Positions 44,009 to 53,699 are shown, counted from the stretch's first letter. The stretch: DNA of 64,000 nt from a virus (IMGVR_UViG_2974602345_000001:13332-77331); one strand, 5' to 3'. The notes: a model not told the origin generated them from the sequence alone. Numbers and translations are program-made.

Positions 44009-45084
44009 TATTCCCCCTTGACCATCAAAGTATGGGCTTCGTTGTAGAGTTCGACCATCAGTGTTTTGACCTCTGGCGACTCGTTGGCCATGTAGTCCTC
44101 GATGTACTGCAAGGTGGACTTGCTGGTTCGTTCCTCAAGCTCTTCTGCATTGGTGTCCTGCGAATCTTCAGTTAACGCATAGGTGTTGACGATTTGCAGG
44201 TCGTGCGGCTTGGACCGGTTGATCTTGCTGATAGTGTCCATCAGCGCGACCTTGGTGTGTTCACGATCAATGACGAGACGAACGAAGCGGCCCTCGAACA
44301 TCTGCTTGTACTCATCATCAGTCATGCCCTTGAAGGTCTCTTCGTCGAAACCAACCTGGGTGAACATGCAGAGATCGTTCTCAACGAACTGGAGGTCCCC
44401 TGGGTTGTACAGGTGGAAGCCTCGAGCGTCACCATAGTCCTGCCAGTTCAGGTGGAAGGCTGAGCCCATGTACCGAACGTTGCCGATCTTTGACTTGTGG
44501 TGGTAGTGGCCAGACCAGACCTCTTGGAAGTCCTTGAAAGCTTCAGTAGCCATGCCGTGATCTGCGGGTGCCGAGTTTGCGTAGTGCTTGAACCCCTCGA
44601 ACTCAAAGTGACCGGCGACAATGATGCTTTCCTTGTCGTTCAGATCAGCCAGGAACTGCATGGTGTCATCGTAGTTCGATGCATTGATCCATGGTACCAG
44701 GGCGTATCGCTGGCTGTCGATGATCTTGTAGGTAGGCTCTTCGATGACGGTCACGTTGTTGGGCGCAGCAGCCTTGAGCACGCTGAGCGAATGCACCTTG
44801 TTGGTGTTCTTGAACGCGACGTCGTGGTTGCCGAGGATGACGATGAACTCGTGACCGCCTGCAACCAGTTGGGGCGCAAACCAGTTGACCACCCAGTCGA
44901 TGTCCATCACAGAGATCGAGTTGCGGTTGTCAAAGAAGTCACCTAGGTGAAGGATAGTTTTGACACCCTTCTCCTTCAGGCCAGGGAAGAACTCCGTCTC
45001 GTACCAGTACTGCATGTAGGCACGGAAGATCGAACTCGACCCTCGTGCCCCGCAATGGGTATCGGTTATGATAGCGACTGTCAT
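44008..45084 (-). CDS. 47: recombination endonuclease subunit gp47 (Mre11/SbcD-like)
   Basis: TDTH.G, HLGDFFD, LGNHD, SGHYH. Confidence 0.96.
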   Translation of the reverse strand: MTVAIITDTHCGARGSSSIFRAYMQYWYETEFFPGLKEKGVKTILHLGDFFDNRNSISVMDIDWVVNWFAPQLVAGGHEFIVILGNHDVAFKNTNKVHSLSVLKAAAPNNVTVIEEPTYKIIDSQRYALVPWINASNYDDTMQFLADLNDKESIIVAGHFEFEGFKHYANSAPADHGMATEAFKDFQEVWSGHYHHKSKIGNVRYMGSAFHLNWQDYGDARGFHLYNPGDLQFVENDLCMFTQVGFDEETFKGMTDDEYKQMFEGRFVRLVIDREHTKVALMDTISKINRSKPHDLQIVNTYALTEDSQDTNAEELEERTSKSTLQYIEDYMANESPEVKTLMVELYNEAHTLMVKGE

Positions 45085-45542
45085 TGCTTGGTGTACCCCT
45101 TAGCCACGATCATCTCAGCGATATCTTCAGTAACGCCAAGGTCTTTGGCAACTTCGATGATTCGCAGCTCTTCGTGGGTCTTGTTAAACGGGCGGATGTG
45201 CAGTGGACTGGTCACTCGCATGAGCTTTCGATCAGACTCTGCAATCATGTCACCATTCGACGCCAGGCCTATAACAGTGGCGACGATCCCTGGGTTGATG
45301 CGGATAGTGGTACCCGCTGGAGGGAACTCTTTGCGGTCATACCACCCAGTGTCTTCGACCAAAACCCACGAGCCCTGTGCAAGCATGTGAAGTACTTGGG
45401 CCGGCGAATACTTGCGGACTTGGATGTCTTTGTTGACATCAATCCACGAGATTGAGTTGGACTCGGGGTGCCAGGTGTAAACTTGTTGATCCGACCCGCC
45501 AGCCACGGTGAACTGGATCGGTTTGCTGATGTCTACTGTCAT
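45081..45542 (-). CDS. hypothetical protein
   Basis: 153 aa between gp55 and gp47. Confidence 0.65.
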   Translation of the reverse strand: MTVDISKPIQFTVAGGSDQQVYTWHPESNSISWIDVNKDIQVRKYSPAQVLHMLAQGSWVLVEDTGWYDRKEFPPAGTTIRINPGIVATVIGLASNGDMIAESDRKLMRVTSPLHIRPFNKTHEELRIIEVAKDLGVTEDIAEMIVAKGYTKQ

Positions 45543-45562
45543 GTCTTATCTCAGTTGGTGGT

Positions 45563-46201
45563 TTACTGCAAAAACTCTAGCACGCCGAGGTTTTCGTCGT
45601 CAAGTTCATCTTTGGCGCCCTTCACCATGTGACGTGCTTCGTAGTCGGCGATGTACTGGAGGTGGTCACGGTACATATCGGCTGTTTCGTCGACCAGGTG
45701 CAGCTCATCCTCATCCACGTTGCCGTCCAGGTAGCCCGCGAAGCCCTTGGCATTGTCAAACGCCTTGAACTTGATGTAGGTCTGCTTCTTCTCACGCTTG
45801 ATGCGCAGGATGATTGCATTGGTTACGAGCTGAGTGATGTAGGCGAACGGGTTGTTGTACTTGAACGGGTTGTAGTTGTGCGCGTAGCGGGTGCAGGTCT
45901 CAATGGCGTCACCAATCATCTCCTCCTTCCAGGCTTGGGTGTAGCCTACGAAGTTCCGGGAATAGGTGCGGCGGGTTGAGATGTCGATGATTGCTTGACC
46001 GATCTTGTTGGTCAGCGGCGGCACGCCAGGCTTGCCAGCAGCAATCCACTCAGCTTTGCGCGTGGCGTAGCGAACGAACTCCTCTTGAAGCTCTTTGTTG
46101 TTGACGTACTGTGCCGGCTTGGGCTTCTCAGTTTGAGCCTCAGCCAGTTCAAAGGTCAGGGAGTCAATATCACTTTCGAGGATGGGTGTAGTCGAGTTCA
46201 T
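45563..46201 (-). CDS. 55: late-transcription sigma factor gp55
   Basis: YVNNKEL, NFVGYT.AWKEEMIGDAIE, NPFAYITQ. Confidence 0.93.
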   Translation of the reverse strand: MNSTTPILESDIDSLTFELAEAQTEKPKPAQYVNNKELQEEFVRYATRKAEWIAAGKPGVPPLTNKIGQAIIDISTRRTYSRNFVGYTQAWKEEMIGDAIETCTRYAHNYNPFKYNNPFAYITQLVTNAIILRIKREKKQTYIKFKAFDNAKGFAGYLDGNVDEDELHLVDETADMYRDHLQYIADYEARHMVKGAKDELDDENLGVLEFLQ

Positions 46202-46674
46202 TAGCGAAGCCCCTTTTCAATGAGTGCCTGTTGATTTAGTTGGTCGACGCGCTCGTTCAAGAAGATGCCAGCGTGGCCTTTCACCCACTTGGCTTTGACG
46301 CTCTTGAACGAGTGGTACAAGGTGTGGATGCGCTGCCAAAGGTCCTGGTTCTCCTTGCTGTCAGGCCATCCTGCCTTGTACCACTTGTGCATCCAGTCAT
46401 TGACGGAGTTGACACAGTACTGCGAGTCCGAGGTTACTTCGATGTCGAGTGTCTTCGACTTGGCGAGGTTGCCACCACACAGAGTGTTCATTGCGAACTC
46501 AAGCGACTGGATGATCGCCATCATCTCAGCGACTTGTGAGGTTTGTTTGTGGTGTTCGACGATACCGTAACGTTCAATGCGAACGTTTTCGTCATTGGTG
46601 AACAGCAGGAAGGACCAAGATCCCACCTTGTTGTTGTACGAGAAACCACCATCGGTCCAGATTTGAATGTTCAT
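46201..46674 (-). CDS. ribonuclease HI (RnhA type)
   Basis: WTDGG, AEMMAI, TSDSQYC, ENQDLWQ, WVKGHAG..LNERVD. Confidence 0.92.
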   Translation of the reverse strand: MNIQIWTDGGFSYNNKVGSWSFLLFTNDENVRIERYGIVEHHKQTSQVAEMMAIIQSLEFAMNTLCGGNLAKSKTLDIEVTSDSQYCVNSVNDWMHKWYKAGWPDSKENQDLWQRIHTLYHSFKSVKAKWVKGHAGIFLNERVDQLNQQALIEKGLR

Positions 46675-46744
46675 AGGTTGTCTTCTTGAGCTTTAGAGCA
46701 TTATACGGTGACTGGCCGTAGAACACAAGAGCCACTATATACTC

Positions 46745-46773
46745 TTGACACTCATACCTAACACCACTACACT
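46745..46773 (+). promoter_or_regulatory. plus-strand sigma70 promoter TTGACA-17-TACACT
   Basis: TTGACA 46745-46750, TACACT 46768-46773; divergent from TATAAT at 46700-46705 (minus). Confidence 0.8.
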
Positions 46774-46779
46774 TAACCG

Positions 46780-47340
46780 CTTCAAAAATTCAAATCGAAA
46801 CATCGTAGATTGACCACTGTATGGTGCGGGGGCCGAACCCGTTAATGCTCACACAGCAGATGGAGCCACCAGTGGAAGCTGTACAATCAAATGTGTGCAA
46901 GTCCCTAGTCCAGACGGTTCATAGGGTGGAAGAGTCAAACGGAACTGGTTGCTACGAGCCAGAGGTAGATGAAGTCGTTAAAGCTACCATGCAGATGAAC
47001 TTCTGCTAAATTGAACGATGCGATGGTGTCTCTGCTGCGAAGCATGCACCGAGCTCTGCCCTGTTGCATAAGAGGCTAGGTAGAGCTGCCGTTGATTATA
47101 CCAGCGAAACAGTTTGTAAAAGGCGACCGGTCAACCGCCCTAATCCTGCTAACACAGAGGTTGAACTTCTTATGTACGGCGAGCGACGCTGTATTCAAGT
47201 ATGCACTCGATGAGTGCCTAGCTGAATGCAACGTTGAGCGGGTCGTAAGGTAGAGGGGAAGCCCTCGAGCCTTTGAGTTTCTGCCTTTGATAGGCGAAAT
47301 ACGGCTCGCTCAACTGCTTTCAACAGAGCAACCAGACAAC
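46780..47340 (+). ncRNA. candidate large structured RNA / origin-associated transcript
   Basis: ~560 nt with no convincing ORF; multiple helices (47233-47246/47301-47314, 47052-47060/47079-47087, GCGA-loop hairpin 47033-47044). Confidence 0.5.
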
Positions 47341-47360
47341 AGATGTTAATGGGGTTTTAT

Positions 47361-47534
47361 ATGAGTATAGAAGATTTGATAGCAGAGGCTCGTGCAAAGC
47401 GATCGCCCGAAGAGCAAGCTCGCCTTGATGAAGCTCATCGCCTCAGGATTCTCGAGTTTGATAAGCGTATAGCTCAGAAGTTCAAGGCACGTGAAGTAAC
47501 ACAGGAACTCCTGAACAAGGTCATCAATCTCTAG
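47361..47534 (+). CDS. small plus-strand hypothetical protein (57 aa)
   Basis: MSIEDLIAEARAKRSPEEQARL...; converges on the uvsW stop. Confidence 0.55.
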   Translation: MSIEDLIAEARAKRSPEEQARLDEAHRLRILEFDKRIAQKFKAREVTQELLNKVINL

Positions 47535-49080
47535 GCTCAGTCATGTTCAGCGTCATGAACTTCACCTTGAACTGCTCGTTCGAATAGAACTTGATCCTCT
47601 CCTCGACGTGTTTGAACGTCGCATTGGGCTGCCCGTTGTAGTCGATCTTATCAACAAGATCGTAGAGGGTAGCCACATCCTTTGAGCTATGTAGCCTCAT
47701 CAATCGACCAATCGACTGCAGCACACGAATCTTGGCTTTCGACGATGACCCGAACACCATGTTGTGAAGGTTCTTGATGCTCACACCAGTTGACATGATA
47801 GAGAACGTCGCATACAACACAACGTCATCATGCTCGTCAAACAGGGCTTTGATCTCCTCGCGTTCCTTATCACCTACATCGCCGCAGATGAGATAGGTGT
47901 GCTCATGAATCGCCTTCATGTGCTCATACAGCGGCACGCCCTGGTCTTCGACGCGGTCAAACAGAACGATAGTGTTGCCCTTGAGGGTCTTCACCATGTT
48001 CTGGATGAAGTTGAACCGACACTTCAGGTTGTTGATGAAGTTGATCTCGGACAGGTACCGTGCGTTCTGCACAGGCGACTTGGCTGCGTTCAGCTGATCC
48101 TCATGGAAGGCCCGCTTCGTTGCCTTGTCATAGTCGAGAATCATGCAGTTGACCTTGACCTCAGTAGCACGACCTGCGTCAATGATCTGCTTGGCTGTGA
48201 CAATCCGCTTTGCAGGTCCGAGAAGGCCCTGAGCAGCCATGATATTACTTTCCATGTCATCTAGTGTACCTGTCAGTCCGTGCCTTACATCGCACTGCAC
48301 AGCGGCTTCTAGCAGGGTAGCCAGAACAGGACCTCGTACTGTGTGCGCTTCGTCAATGAAGATAGCACCAGCCTCAGCGATCGTGTCAGGCGGCAGACCC
48401 TTCAGAGACTGCCAGGTGGTAATGACAATCTGTTTGTCGATGAACTTCGAGTACTTCCCCGATACCTTCTGGCAGAAGGTTGATACATGCCACTTCGACT
48501 CAGGATACGACGAGTAGTTCTCGAAGTCTGCATAGAGCTGTTCAACCAGCATTTTTGAAGGCACGACGATAACCATGCGCTTTCCGTCGAACTCCTCAGC
48601 GAGCTGATACATTCGGATAGCGAGGTAGATCGAAAGACTCTTACCGGCTGAAGTAGCAGCCAGGCATATAGTACGGTTAGCATTGAGCATGTACTCAACA
48701 GCTTTGTACTGGTAGTCGTAGGGTTCAATTGGAACTCCTTTGTCGTGTGGCCTGATGAACTCTTCGGTGACAGCCTTGATGTCCTCAATCGTCAGCTCGC
48801 CGCGCTTCAACAGCTGAGGATCTACCGTGAACTTGTACTCCTGCTTCGTCAGGAACTTGATCAGCTCAAACAGGAGACCCGTGTACATGCGCTTGTAGGT
48901 GCGGTTGTACAGCCGCTTGATGCCGTCCCACTGTCCACTCCGGACTCGTGGGTCGAACTGTGCATCAGCCACTTTGAAGCTGAAGCGCTCGGAGATCTCC
49001 ATCTCCATGTAGGTCTCGCGACACTTGACGGAAATGTAGGTGGCGTTGAGCTTTGTGATTGTAACGTCGACTGGCCTACT
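47524..49080 (-). CDS. uvsW: SF2 RNA-DNA/DNA helicase UvsW
   Basis: AATSAGKS, IDEAH, GLTGT, STGVSIKNLH, LQSIGR. Confidence 0.96.
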   Translation of the reverse strand, partial: SRPVDVTITKLNATYISVKCRETYMEMEISERFSFKVADAQFDPRVRSGQWDGIKRLYNRTYKRMYTGLLFELIKFLTKQEYKFTVDPQLLKRGELTIEDIKAVTEEFIRPHDKGVPIEPYDYQYKAVEYMLNANRTICLAATSAGKSLSIYLAIRMYQLAEEFDGKRMVIVVPSKMLVEQLYADFENYSSYPESKWHVSTFCQKVSGKYSKFIDKQIVITTWQSLKGLPPDTIAEAGAIFIDEAHTVRGPVLATLLEAAVQCDVRHGLTGTLDDMESNIMAAQGLLGPAKRIVTAKQIIDAGRATEVKVNCMILDYDKATKRAFHEDQLNAAKSPVQNARYLSEINFINNLKCRFNFIQNMVKTLKGNTIVLFDRVEDQGVPLYEHMKAIHEHTYLICGDVGDKEREEIKALFDEHDDVVLYATFSIMSTGVSIKNLHNMVFGSSSKAKIRVLQSIGRLMRLHSSKDVATLYDLVDKIDYNGQPNATFKHVEERIKFYSNEQFKVKFMTLNMTEPRD

Positions 49081-49450
49081 CATCCTCAAGGAAATCCTTT
49101 GCATGCTTCAAAAGCTGGTTGATAGGGGCAGCACACAGGTAAGTACTTATGGTGCTGGTTTCAGGGTCAGCAAGGGCTGCAAAGTACCGGTGATGGCCGT
49201 CGAGGATGTGACCTACATCAGACACGATGATAGTGCCGTATGGAGCCTTGATGGCGTCAACCTTCGCCTGGTCGAAATTCACCTGGGTGGGGGCCAGCGT
49301 CTTCAGCGGTGAGTCAACCTTCTCAACAGGGATGCCTACGAACTCGAGGTACTGGACAAACGCTTCTTGGTCGGCGATCTGTGGCATCTCTGAACGTGCA
49401 ATGTTGAACGCAGAGTGGCGGGCGACGTACTGACTGAAGGACTGGATCAT
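49076..49450 (-). CDS. ParB-like nuclease-fold protein
   Basis: LAPTQ..FDQAKV...IIVS....ILDGHHRY. Confidence 0.7.
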   Translation of the reverse strand: MIQSFSQYVARHSAFNIARSEMPQIADQEAFVQYLEFVGIPVEKVDSPLKTLAPTQVNFDQAKVDAIKAPYGTIIVSDVGHILDGHHRYFAALADPETSTISTYLCAAPINQLLKHAKDFLEDE

Positions 49451-49546
49451 GGTGGTCTCAAAAGTGATGGGATATCACTACTTATCGCACCAAATTTCAG
49501 CCAAAACAAAAGGCGCCGAAGCGCCTTTGCTACAACACAGCAGGGG

Positions 49547-50023
49547 TCAGCTACCGCTTTCAAACTTCCGCCAGTCAATGGCTGCACGGATGTCGAAGCT
49601 GCGTGAGCTGATGATCTTCACTGTCTTCTCGAGGAAGCCTACGACCTGTGTTTGGATCTCGAGGATCTCCTTGACGTAGCACAGGTGTTCATCAGCATCA
49701 AGGTACAACGGCAGGTCAGTCTTCAACACCTTCACATGGCACGGACCGTACTCAGCGTAGTACTTATCGGACTGGGTGCCCGAGTAATACCGAGTGCGAT
49801 CAAGCAGCAGCTTCTTGTACAGGTTGCTCAGCTTCTTGTGCTTGATAGCTTCATCGCCCAAGAAACCCAACCAACGGCTGTGCAGCTTGGACGTGCGGAT
49901 TGCCTCACCATCAAGGTCATACCCATCAATCACAACTTCAGCGTCAGCCAAAGTCTTCAGTTCAGCGAAGCGATCGCTGACGTCGAGCTTCAGCTCTTCA
50001 TAGACTTCTTTGCTACTCGGCAT
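49547..50023 (-). CDS. uvsY: recombination mediator UvsY
   Basis: SKLHSRW...RYYSG...KVLKTDL..YLDAD...FLEKTVKII.SRSFDIRAAIDWRKFESG. Confidence 0.88.
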   Translation of the reverse strand: MPSSKEVYEELKLDVSDRFAELKTLADAEVVIDGYDLDGEAIRTSKLHSRWLGFLGDEAIKHKKLSNLYKKLLLDRTRYYSGTQSDKYYAEYGPCHVKVLKTDLPLYLDADEHLCYVKEILEIQTQVVGFLEKTVKIISSRSFDIRAAIDWRKFESGS

Positions 50024-50516
50024 GACCGATACGTTCTCCAGTCTTGAGATTTTCGAGAATGAACGTGTCAAAGTTGAACGAAACGTCGCAACTCAACACA
50101 GTCTCTTCACCCACTACTGTATACTGAATGTCGCCGAGTGTCAAAGGCCATACGCCGGTATAGACGAACCGCAGCACGGGGACGTTTTGAGAGTTGAGGA
50201 TGGTCAACTCAGCAGTATCACCGCTTATGTCATTCTCTCGTGTCAACTCTACCATCCAGCGATAGACGTCAATCCACTCAGTCAGGTCTTCTGACAACAG
50301 CATGCGCAGCGGCAATGGACCACTGAAGTCAATCTTGTTCGAAGGGATGATGATGTCAATCAGCTGGGTTTGAAACGGAGTACCACCAAGCATCACACCC
50401 GGGACTGCAGCATTTTGCAGCTTGAATGAGATGTTGCGCGAACTCGTGATAGTGAAGATGTATGTCCCGTTGCGGGCTGGGTTGTACTGCTTGTATGTTG
50501 AAATGTCTTGACTCAT
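50013..50516 (-). CDS. 3: tail tube terminator gp3
   Basis: FKLQNAAVPGV.LG...LLSEDLTEWIDVYRWM...L.ILNSQN...F...WP..LG.IQY. Confidence 0.85.
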   Translation of the reverse strand: MSQDISTYKQYNPARNGTYIFTITSSRNISFKLQNAAVPGVMLGGTPFQTQLIDIIIPSNKIDFSGPLPLRMLLSEDLTEWIDVYRWMVELTRENDISGDTAELTILNSQNVPVLRFVYTGVWPLTLGDIQYTVVGEETVLSCDVSFNFDTFILENLKTGERIGHAE

Positions 50517-50605
50517 GGTGTCCACCTATTCTGACTATCACTATGTATCAGCCACAAGAAAGGGCGCCGAAGCGCCCTTTCAGGGAGTGTACCAACGCCG
50601 CTGTA

Positions 50606-51892
50606 TTAGCCGGTGATGTTGGCGACACGCATTTTGCGGAAGTACTGGTTCTCACCCTGACCCAGACCCAGGCCTGGCTTGGCTGCCGAAGCAGTGTGCG
50701 AGGCGAACGGGTTGGCAACCACGCCGTAGCGGGTAGCGAAGCCGATGATCGGGTTGAAGGTGGTTTCACCGACGGTACGGTACAGTTCCAGCGGCAGGTA
50801 CGGGCAGTAGTAGATACCGGCGTCCCAAGCGTTGGCACCGCGATAACCGACAGTGATGTAGTCCACAGTGGCGAACGGGTCGATGAAGACCTGGTAGCGG
50901 CCCATCAGAACACCAGCGTAGGTCTGAGCAGTGTCGTCGACAGCCAGGTTTGCAGTGTAACCTGGGTTGTAATCCAGCACACCAGCCATGTTCAGAGCAG
51001 ATGCAACGTTGCTCGAGCAGATGATGCGGTTGGCGCGACCACGACGAGTGGCTTTCGCTACTTCGTTGGCTTCAATTTCCAGCTGGAACAGCAGGCCCTT
51101 GAAGCGCTCTACCAGCCAACGGCCATCGCTGTCAGCAGCGACGTCGAACAGACCAGGAGTAGCAGCGTGCTTGGCACCCAGAACAGCCGAAACGTTCACA
51201 GTACGGATAACCTCACGGTCAGTCTCTGCGATGATCTCGGTGGACAGGATGTTGGCCAGCTCGGTTTCAGCGTCCAGGCCGTGAATGTTCTTCAGGTCGA
51301 ACTGGAGTTCGCGAGAGAACTGAGCTTTCAGCTTGCGAGTTTTTGCCGACACGTCGACGCGCTCGATGCTGAATGCCATTTCGTTCCAGGCGGTACCACC
51401 GTCAACACCCAGGGCTTCACCAGCGGCCTTGGTCATACCGGTACCGTAAGTGGTAGCGGCAGCAGGGTCACCTACACCGAAAGCGTCAGCGGCGAAACCG
51501 GAAGTGTCACCACCCTGAGTGCCAGTACCACTGAAGGCCGAGTTGGCTTCGTTGTACAGAGCTTCAGCGCCGGTCTGAGTGGAGTAGCGCGAACGCATGG
51601 CGAAGATGGAACCGGTCGGGCCAGTCATCGGCTGGACGCCCAGCAGGTCGAATGCCATCAGTTGCGGAACGGAGCGGCGCACCATCTTGACCAGGACCGG
51701 ATCGAAGTTTGCAACACCACCAGTGGTGTTGGCAGGCATAGCGGAGCCAGCGGCTTCGTTGATGCTCTTCATGAAGTTGATCTGGTTTTCCAGCAGACGC
51801 TCGGTTACGTTTTTGCGGTACTGCGAGGTGATCTCCGGAAACTGCTTGTTCTCGATCAGCTTCTGGATATCTTCTTTGAGAAGTTCGGTCAT
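50606..51892 (-). CDS. 23: major capsid protein gp23
   Basis: GVQPMTGPTG.IFAMR, EMAFSIE, RKLKAQFS.EL..DLK.IHG.DAE.EL.NILSTEI, YCPY.PL, IGFATRYG. Confidence 0.98.
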   Translation of the reverse strand: MTELLKEDIQKLIENKQFPEITSQYRKNVTERLLENQINFMKSINEAAGSAMPANTTGGVANFDPVLVKMVRRSVPQLMAFDLLGVQPMTGPTGSIFAMRSRYSTQTGAEALYNEANSAFSGTGTQGGDTSGFAADAFGVGDPAAATTYGTGMTKAAGEALGVDGGTAWNEMAFSIERVDVSAKTRKLKAQFSRELQFDLKNIHGLDAETELANILSTEIIAETDREVIRTVNVSAVLGAKHAATPGLFDVAADSDGRWLVERFKGLLFQLEIEANEVAKATRRGRANRIICSSNVASALNMAGVLDYNPGYTANLAVDDTAQTYAGVLMGRYQVFIDPFATVDYITVGYRGANAWDAGIYYCPYLPLELYRTVGETTFNPIIGFATRYGVVANPFASHTASAAKPGLGLGQGENQYFRKMRVANITG

Positions 51893-51926
51893 TTGGGGTC
51901 TCCGTTACGAACTTTGTAATTAACTT

Positions 51927-51934
51927 TATTTATA
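51927..51934 (-). promoter_or_regulatory. late promoter TATAAATA (T4 consensus)
   Basis: Exact T4 late consensus upstream of gp23. Confidence 0.85.
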
Positions 51935-51966
51935 AACCCCCAATTTCTAATCAGGGGTTTATGTGA

Positions 51967-52722
51967 TTAGCCGTTCAGGCCCAGGGCATCAAACAGATGA
52001 CGCTCGTAGGTGGCGTTCTCGTTCAGCGGCTTCTGATGAGGCTGCTGCACTTGTTCGTTCACCGGGGTCTGTTGAGTCTGGTCAACCTGAGCAGGGAAGT
52101 ACGATTCAACCAGTGACTTCACAGCCGTGGTGAACTGTTCGTCGTTCTTGTATTCGACTTTCTCGACTACAGGAGCGAAGGTTTCCTTCTGGTTCTCACT
52201 CAGTTTGACAGTTGCTTCACCGATGATCTGAGACATCTTGAACTTGCGGTTCTCAGTCTGCAGTTCGATGTTCTTGTCGGTCAGAGTGGTCAGGTTTTCT
52301 TTCAGGCCAGCGATCTGACCTTCCAGGACGCCGATCTGGTCAACGGTGCCTTGCGGCAGGTTGAGATTGTGCGACTCAGCCAGGCCAACGAGGCCAGACA
52401 GGAAGGACTCAGCCAGACCCACTTTGGCTTCACCAACGAGGGCTACCTTGTTCTCTTCGCGCCATTCGGCGATGGCAGCAGCCACGTACTTGTCGACTTG
52501 CGGCAGTACCTGTTCCTGGATGTAGGTTTCGGAGAGCTTCTCCAGCTCTTCCAGGCGAGCCTGGGTGCGGGTTTCGAAAGCTTCCTGAAGCTCAGCGGTC
52601 ACAGATTCACGAATCTGCTTGGCTTGTTCATCAAGGGCGGCTGCGAAGATCGTACCAGCTTTGGCCTTGAATTCTTCAGAAAGTTCTTGTCCCTCAAAGA
52701 GAGCTTTGATGTGTTCGGACAT
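51967..52722 (-). CDS. 22: prohead core scaffolding protein gp22
   Basis: LSEEFKAKAGTIF.AA...VDKYV..A..EW.EEN; ACTAAATA at 52755-52762. Confidence 0.9.
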   Translation of the reverse strand: MSEHIKALFEGQELSEEFKAKAGTIFAAALDEQAKQIRESVTAELQEAFETRTQARLEELEKLSETYIQEQVLPQVDKYVAAAIAEWREENKVALVGEAKVGLAESFLSGLVGLAESHNLNLPQGTVDQIGVLEGQIAGLKENLTTLTDKNIELQTENRKFKMSQIIGEATVKLSENQKETFAPVVEKVEYKNDEQFTTAVKSLVESYFPAQVDQTQQTPVNEQVQQPHQKPLNENATYERHLFDALGLNG

Positions 52723-52790
52723 TAACTGTTCCTCTAAAGTGTGGTGTATCATTGTATTTAGTAGGTGGTAAGTTCTAATCAAAAGCGCCC

Positions 52791-53423
52791 TTACGAGCGC
52801 TTGATCGATTTGATGTATGCTTCGAGACGTTCCAGGAACAATTGTTCATTGATCCCTTCAGCTTCGACGTCATTCCCTGGCACCCACATACCTTCCTTGT
52901 TCTTTACCCATGCAGACTCAAACAGCGGTTTGACATAGGCGTTTGGCGCGGATGGGTTGTCGACCGCATCGACCGCAGTAAGCATGAAGTCGCTCTGGAC
53001 GTACTTCATACCGTTGCTTTCACGCAGTGATCCCAGACCACGGGTAGACACACCCATGTTGAAACCACCCTCGAGCAAGCCTGCAACGATTTGACCTTTG
53101 GGTGTCGGTAGGACCAAAGCCTTACCAATCACGTCGTTACCTTTCCACTCGAGAGACTCGATCAGGATTGCGGCGTGTTCAGGGTCAGCGAACGGGCGGT
53201 CAGGGTGGTTGAGTTCACCCAGAGCCCGACGTCGGCTGACGAAGTTGTCTTGATAGGCCTGTACGGCGGATTCCATGATACCTTTGGAGTACCAACGCCC
53301 GTTGCCGTTTTTGACTTCGGCTTGGGCGAAGATCCCCTCGATATACAGCTTCTTACCACCGCCCTCAGTAGCCTCGTGGAGGACTTCAACCTCCTGGCTT
53401 GATTCGATGAGCAGTTTGGCCAT
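52791..53423 (-). CDS. 21: prohead protease gp21
   Basis: LYIEGIFAQAE.KNGNGR.Y, ALGELNHP, GVSTRGLGS, DAVDNPSAP. Confidence 0.96.
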   Translation of the reverse strand: MAKLLIESSQEVEVLHEATEGGGKKLYIEGIFAQAEVKNGNGRWYSKGIMESAVQAYQDNFVSRRRALGELNHPDRPFADPEHAAILIESLEWKGNDVIGKALVLPTPKGQIVAGLLEGGFNMGVSTRGLGSLRESNGMKYVQSDFMLTAVDAVDNPSAPNAYVKPLFESAWVKNKEGMWVPGNDVEAEGINEQLFLERLEAYIKSIKRS

Positions 53424-53426
53424 TTC

Positions 53427-53696
53427 TTAGAGCCCCAGTGCTTTGCGTTTGCGCATAGCGCGAATGCGTTTGCGTTTTGTGCGGTTTTTCAAGGCCTGGC
53501 CTTCAGCGCGCTTGGTACGCAGTGCCTTTCGGATTGCAAGGCGTTTTGCAGCCTTCTCGCCACCCGTGATAGGCACACAAGAGGTACCAGTGCTGTTAAG
53601 CTTGAACCCTGGTTTGCACCGCACTCGTTTTGTCTTCTCGCCCGCCGCGTTCACCTTTGTGATGATAACGGCTTCGGTAGTCAGTTCGAGTTCCAC
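53427..53696 (-). CDS. prohead core protein (gp68-like)
   Basis: Basic K/R-rich C-terminus KRIRAMRKRKALGL; synteny. Confidence 0.7.
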   Translation of the reverse strand: MELELTTEAVIITKVNAAGEKTKRVRCKPGFKLNSTGTSCVPITGGEKAAKRLAIRKALRTKRAEGQALKNRTKRKRIRAMRKRKALGL

Positions 53697-53699
53697 GGC

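Noticed and set aside
46821-47009. 62-aa plus-strand ORF in the non-coding region
   Set aside because: No SD, atypical codon and amino-acid usage, and no recognisable motif; left uncalled.
46825-47340. tmRNA, group I intron or group II intron identity for the large non-coding region
   Set aside because: GGGGCCGAAC and AAGTCCCTAGTCC are only superficial matches. I found no 3' T arm/CCA, no R element and no domain V, and no gene is interrupted.
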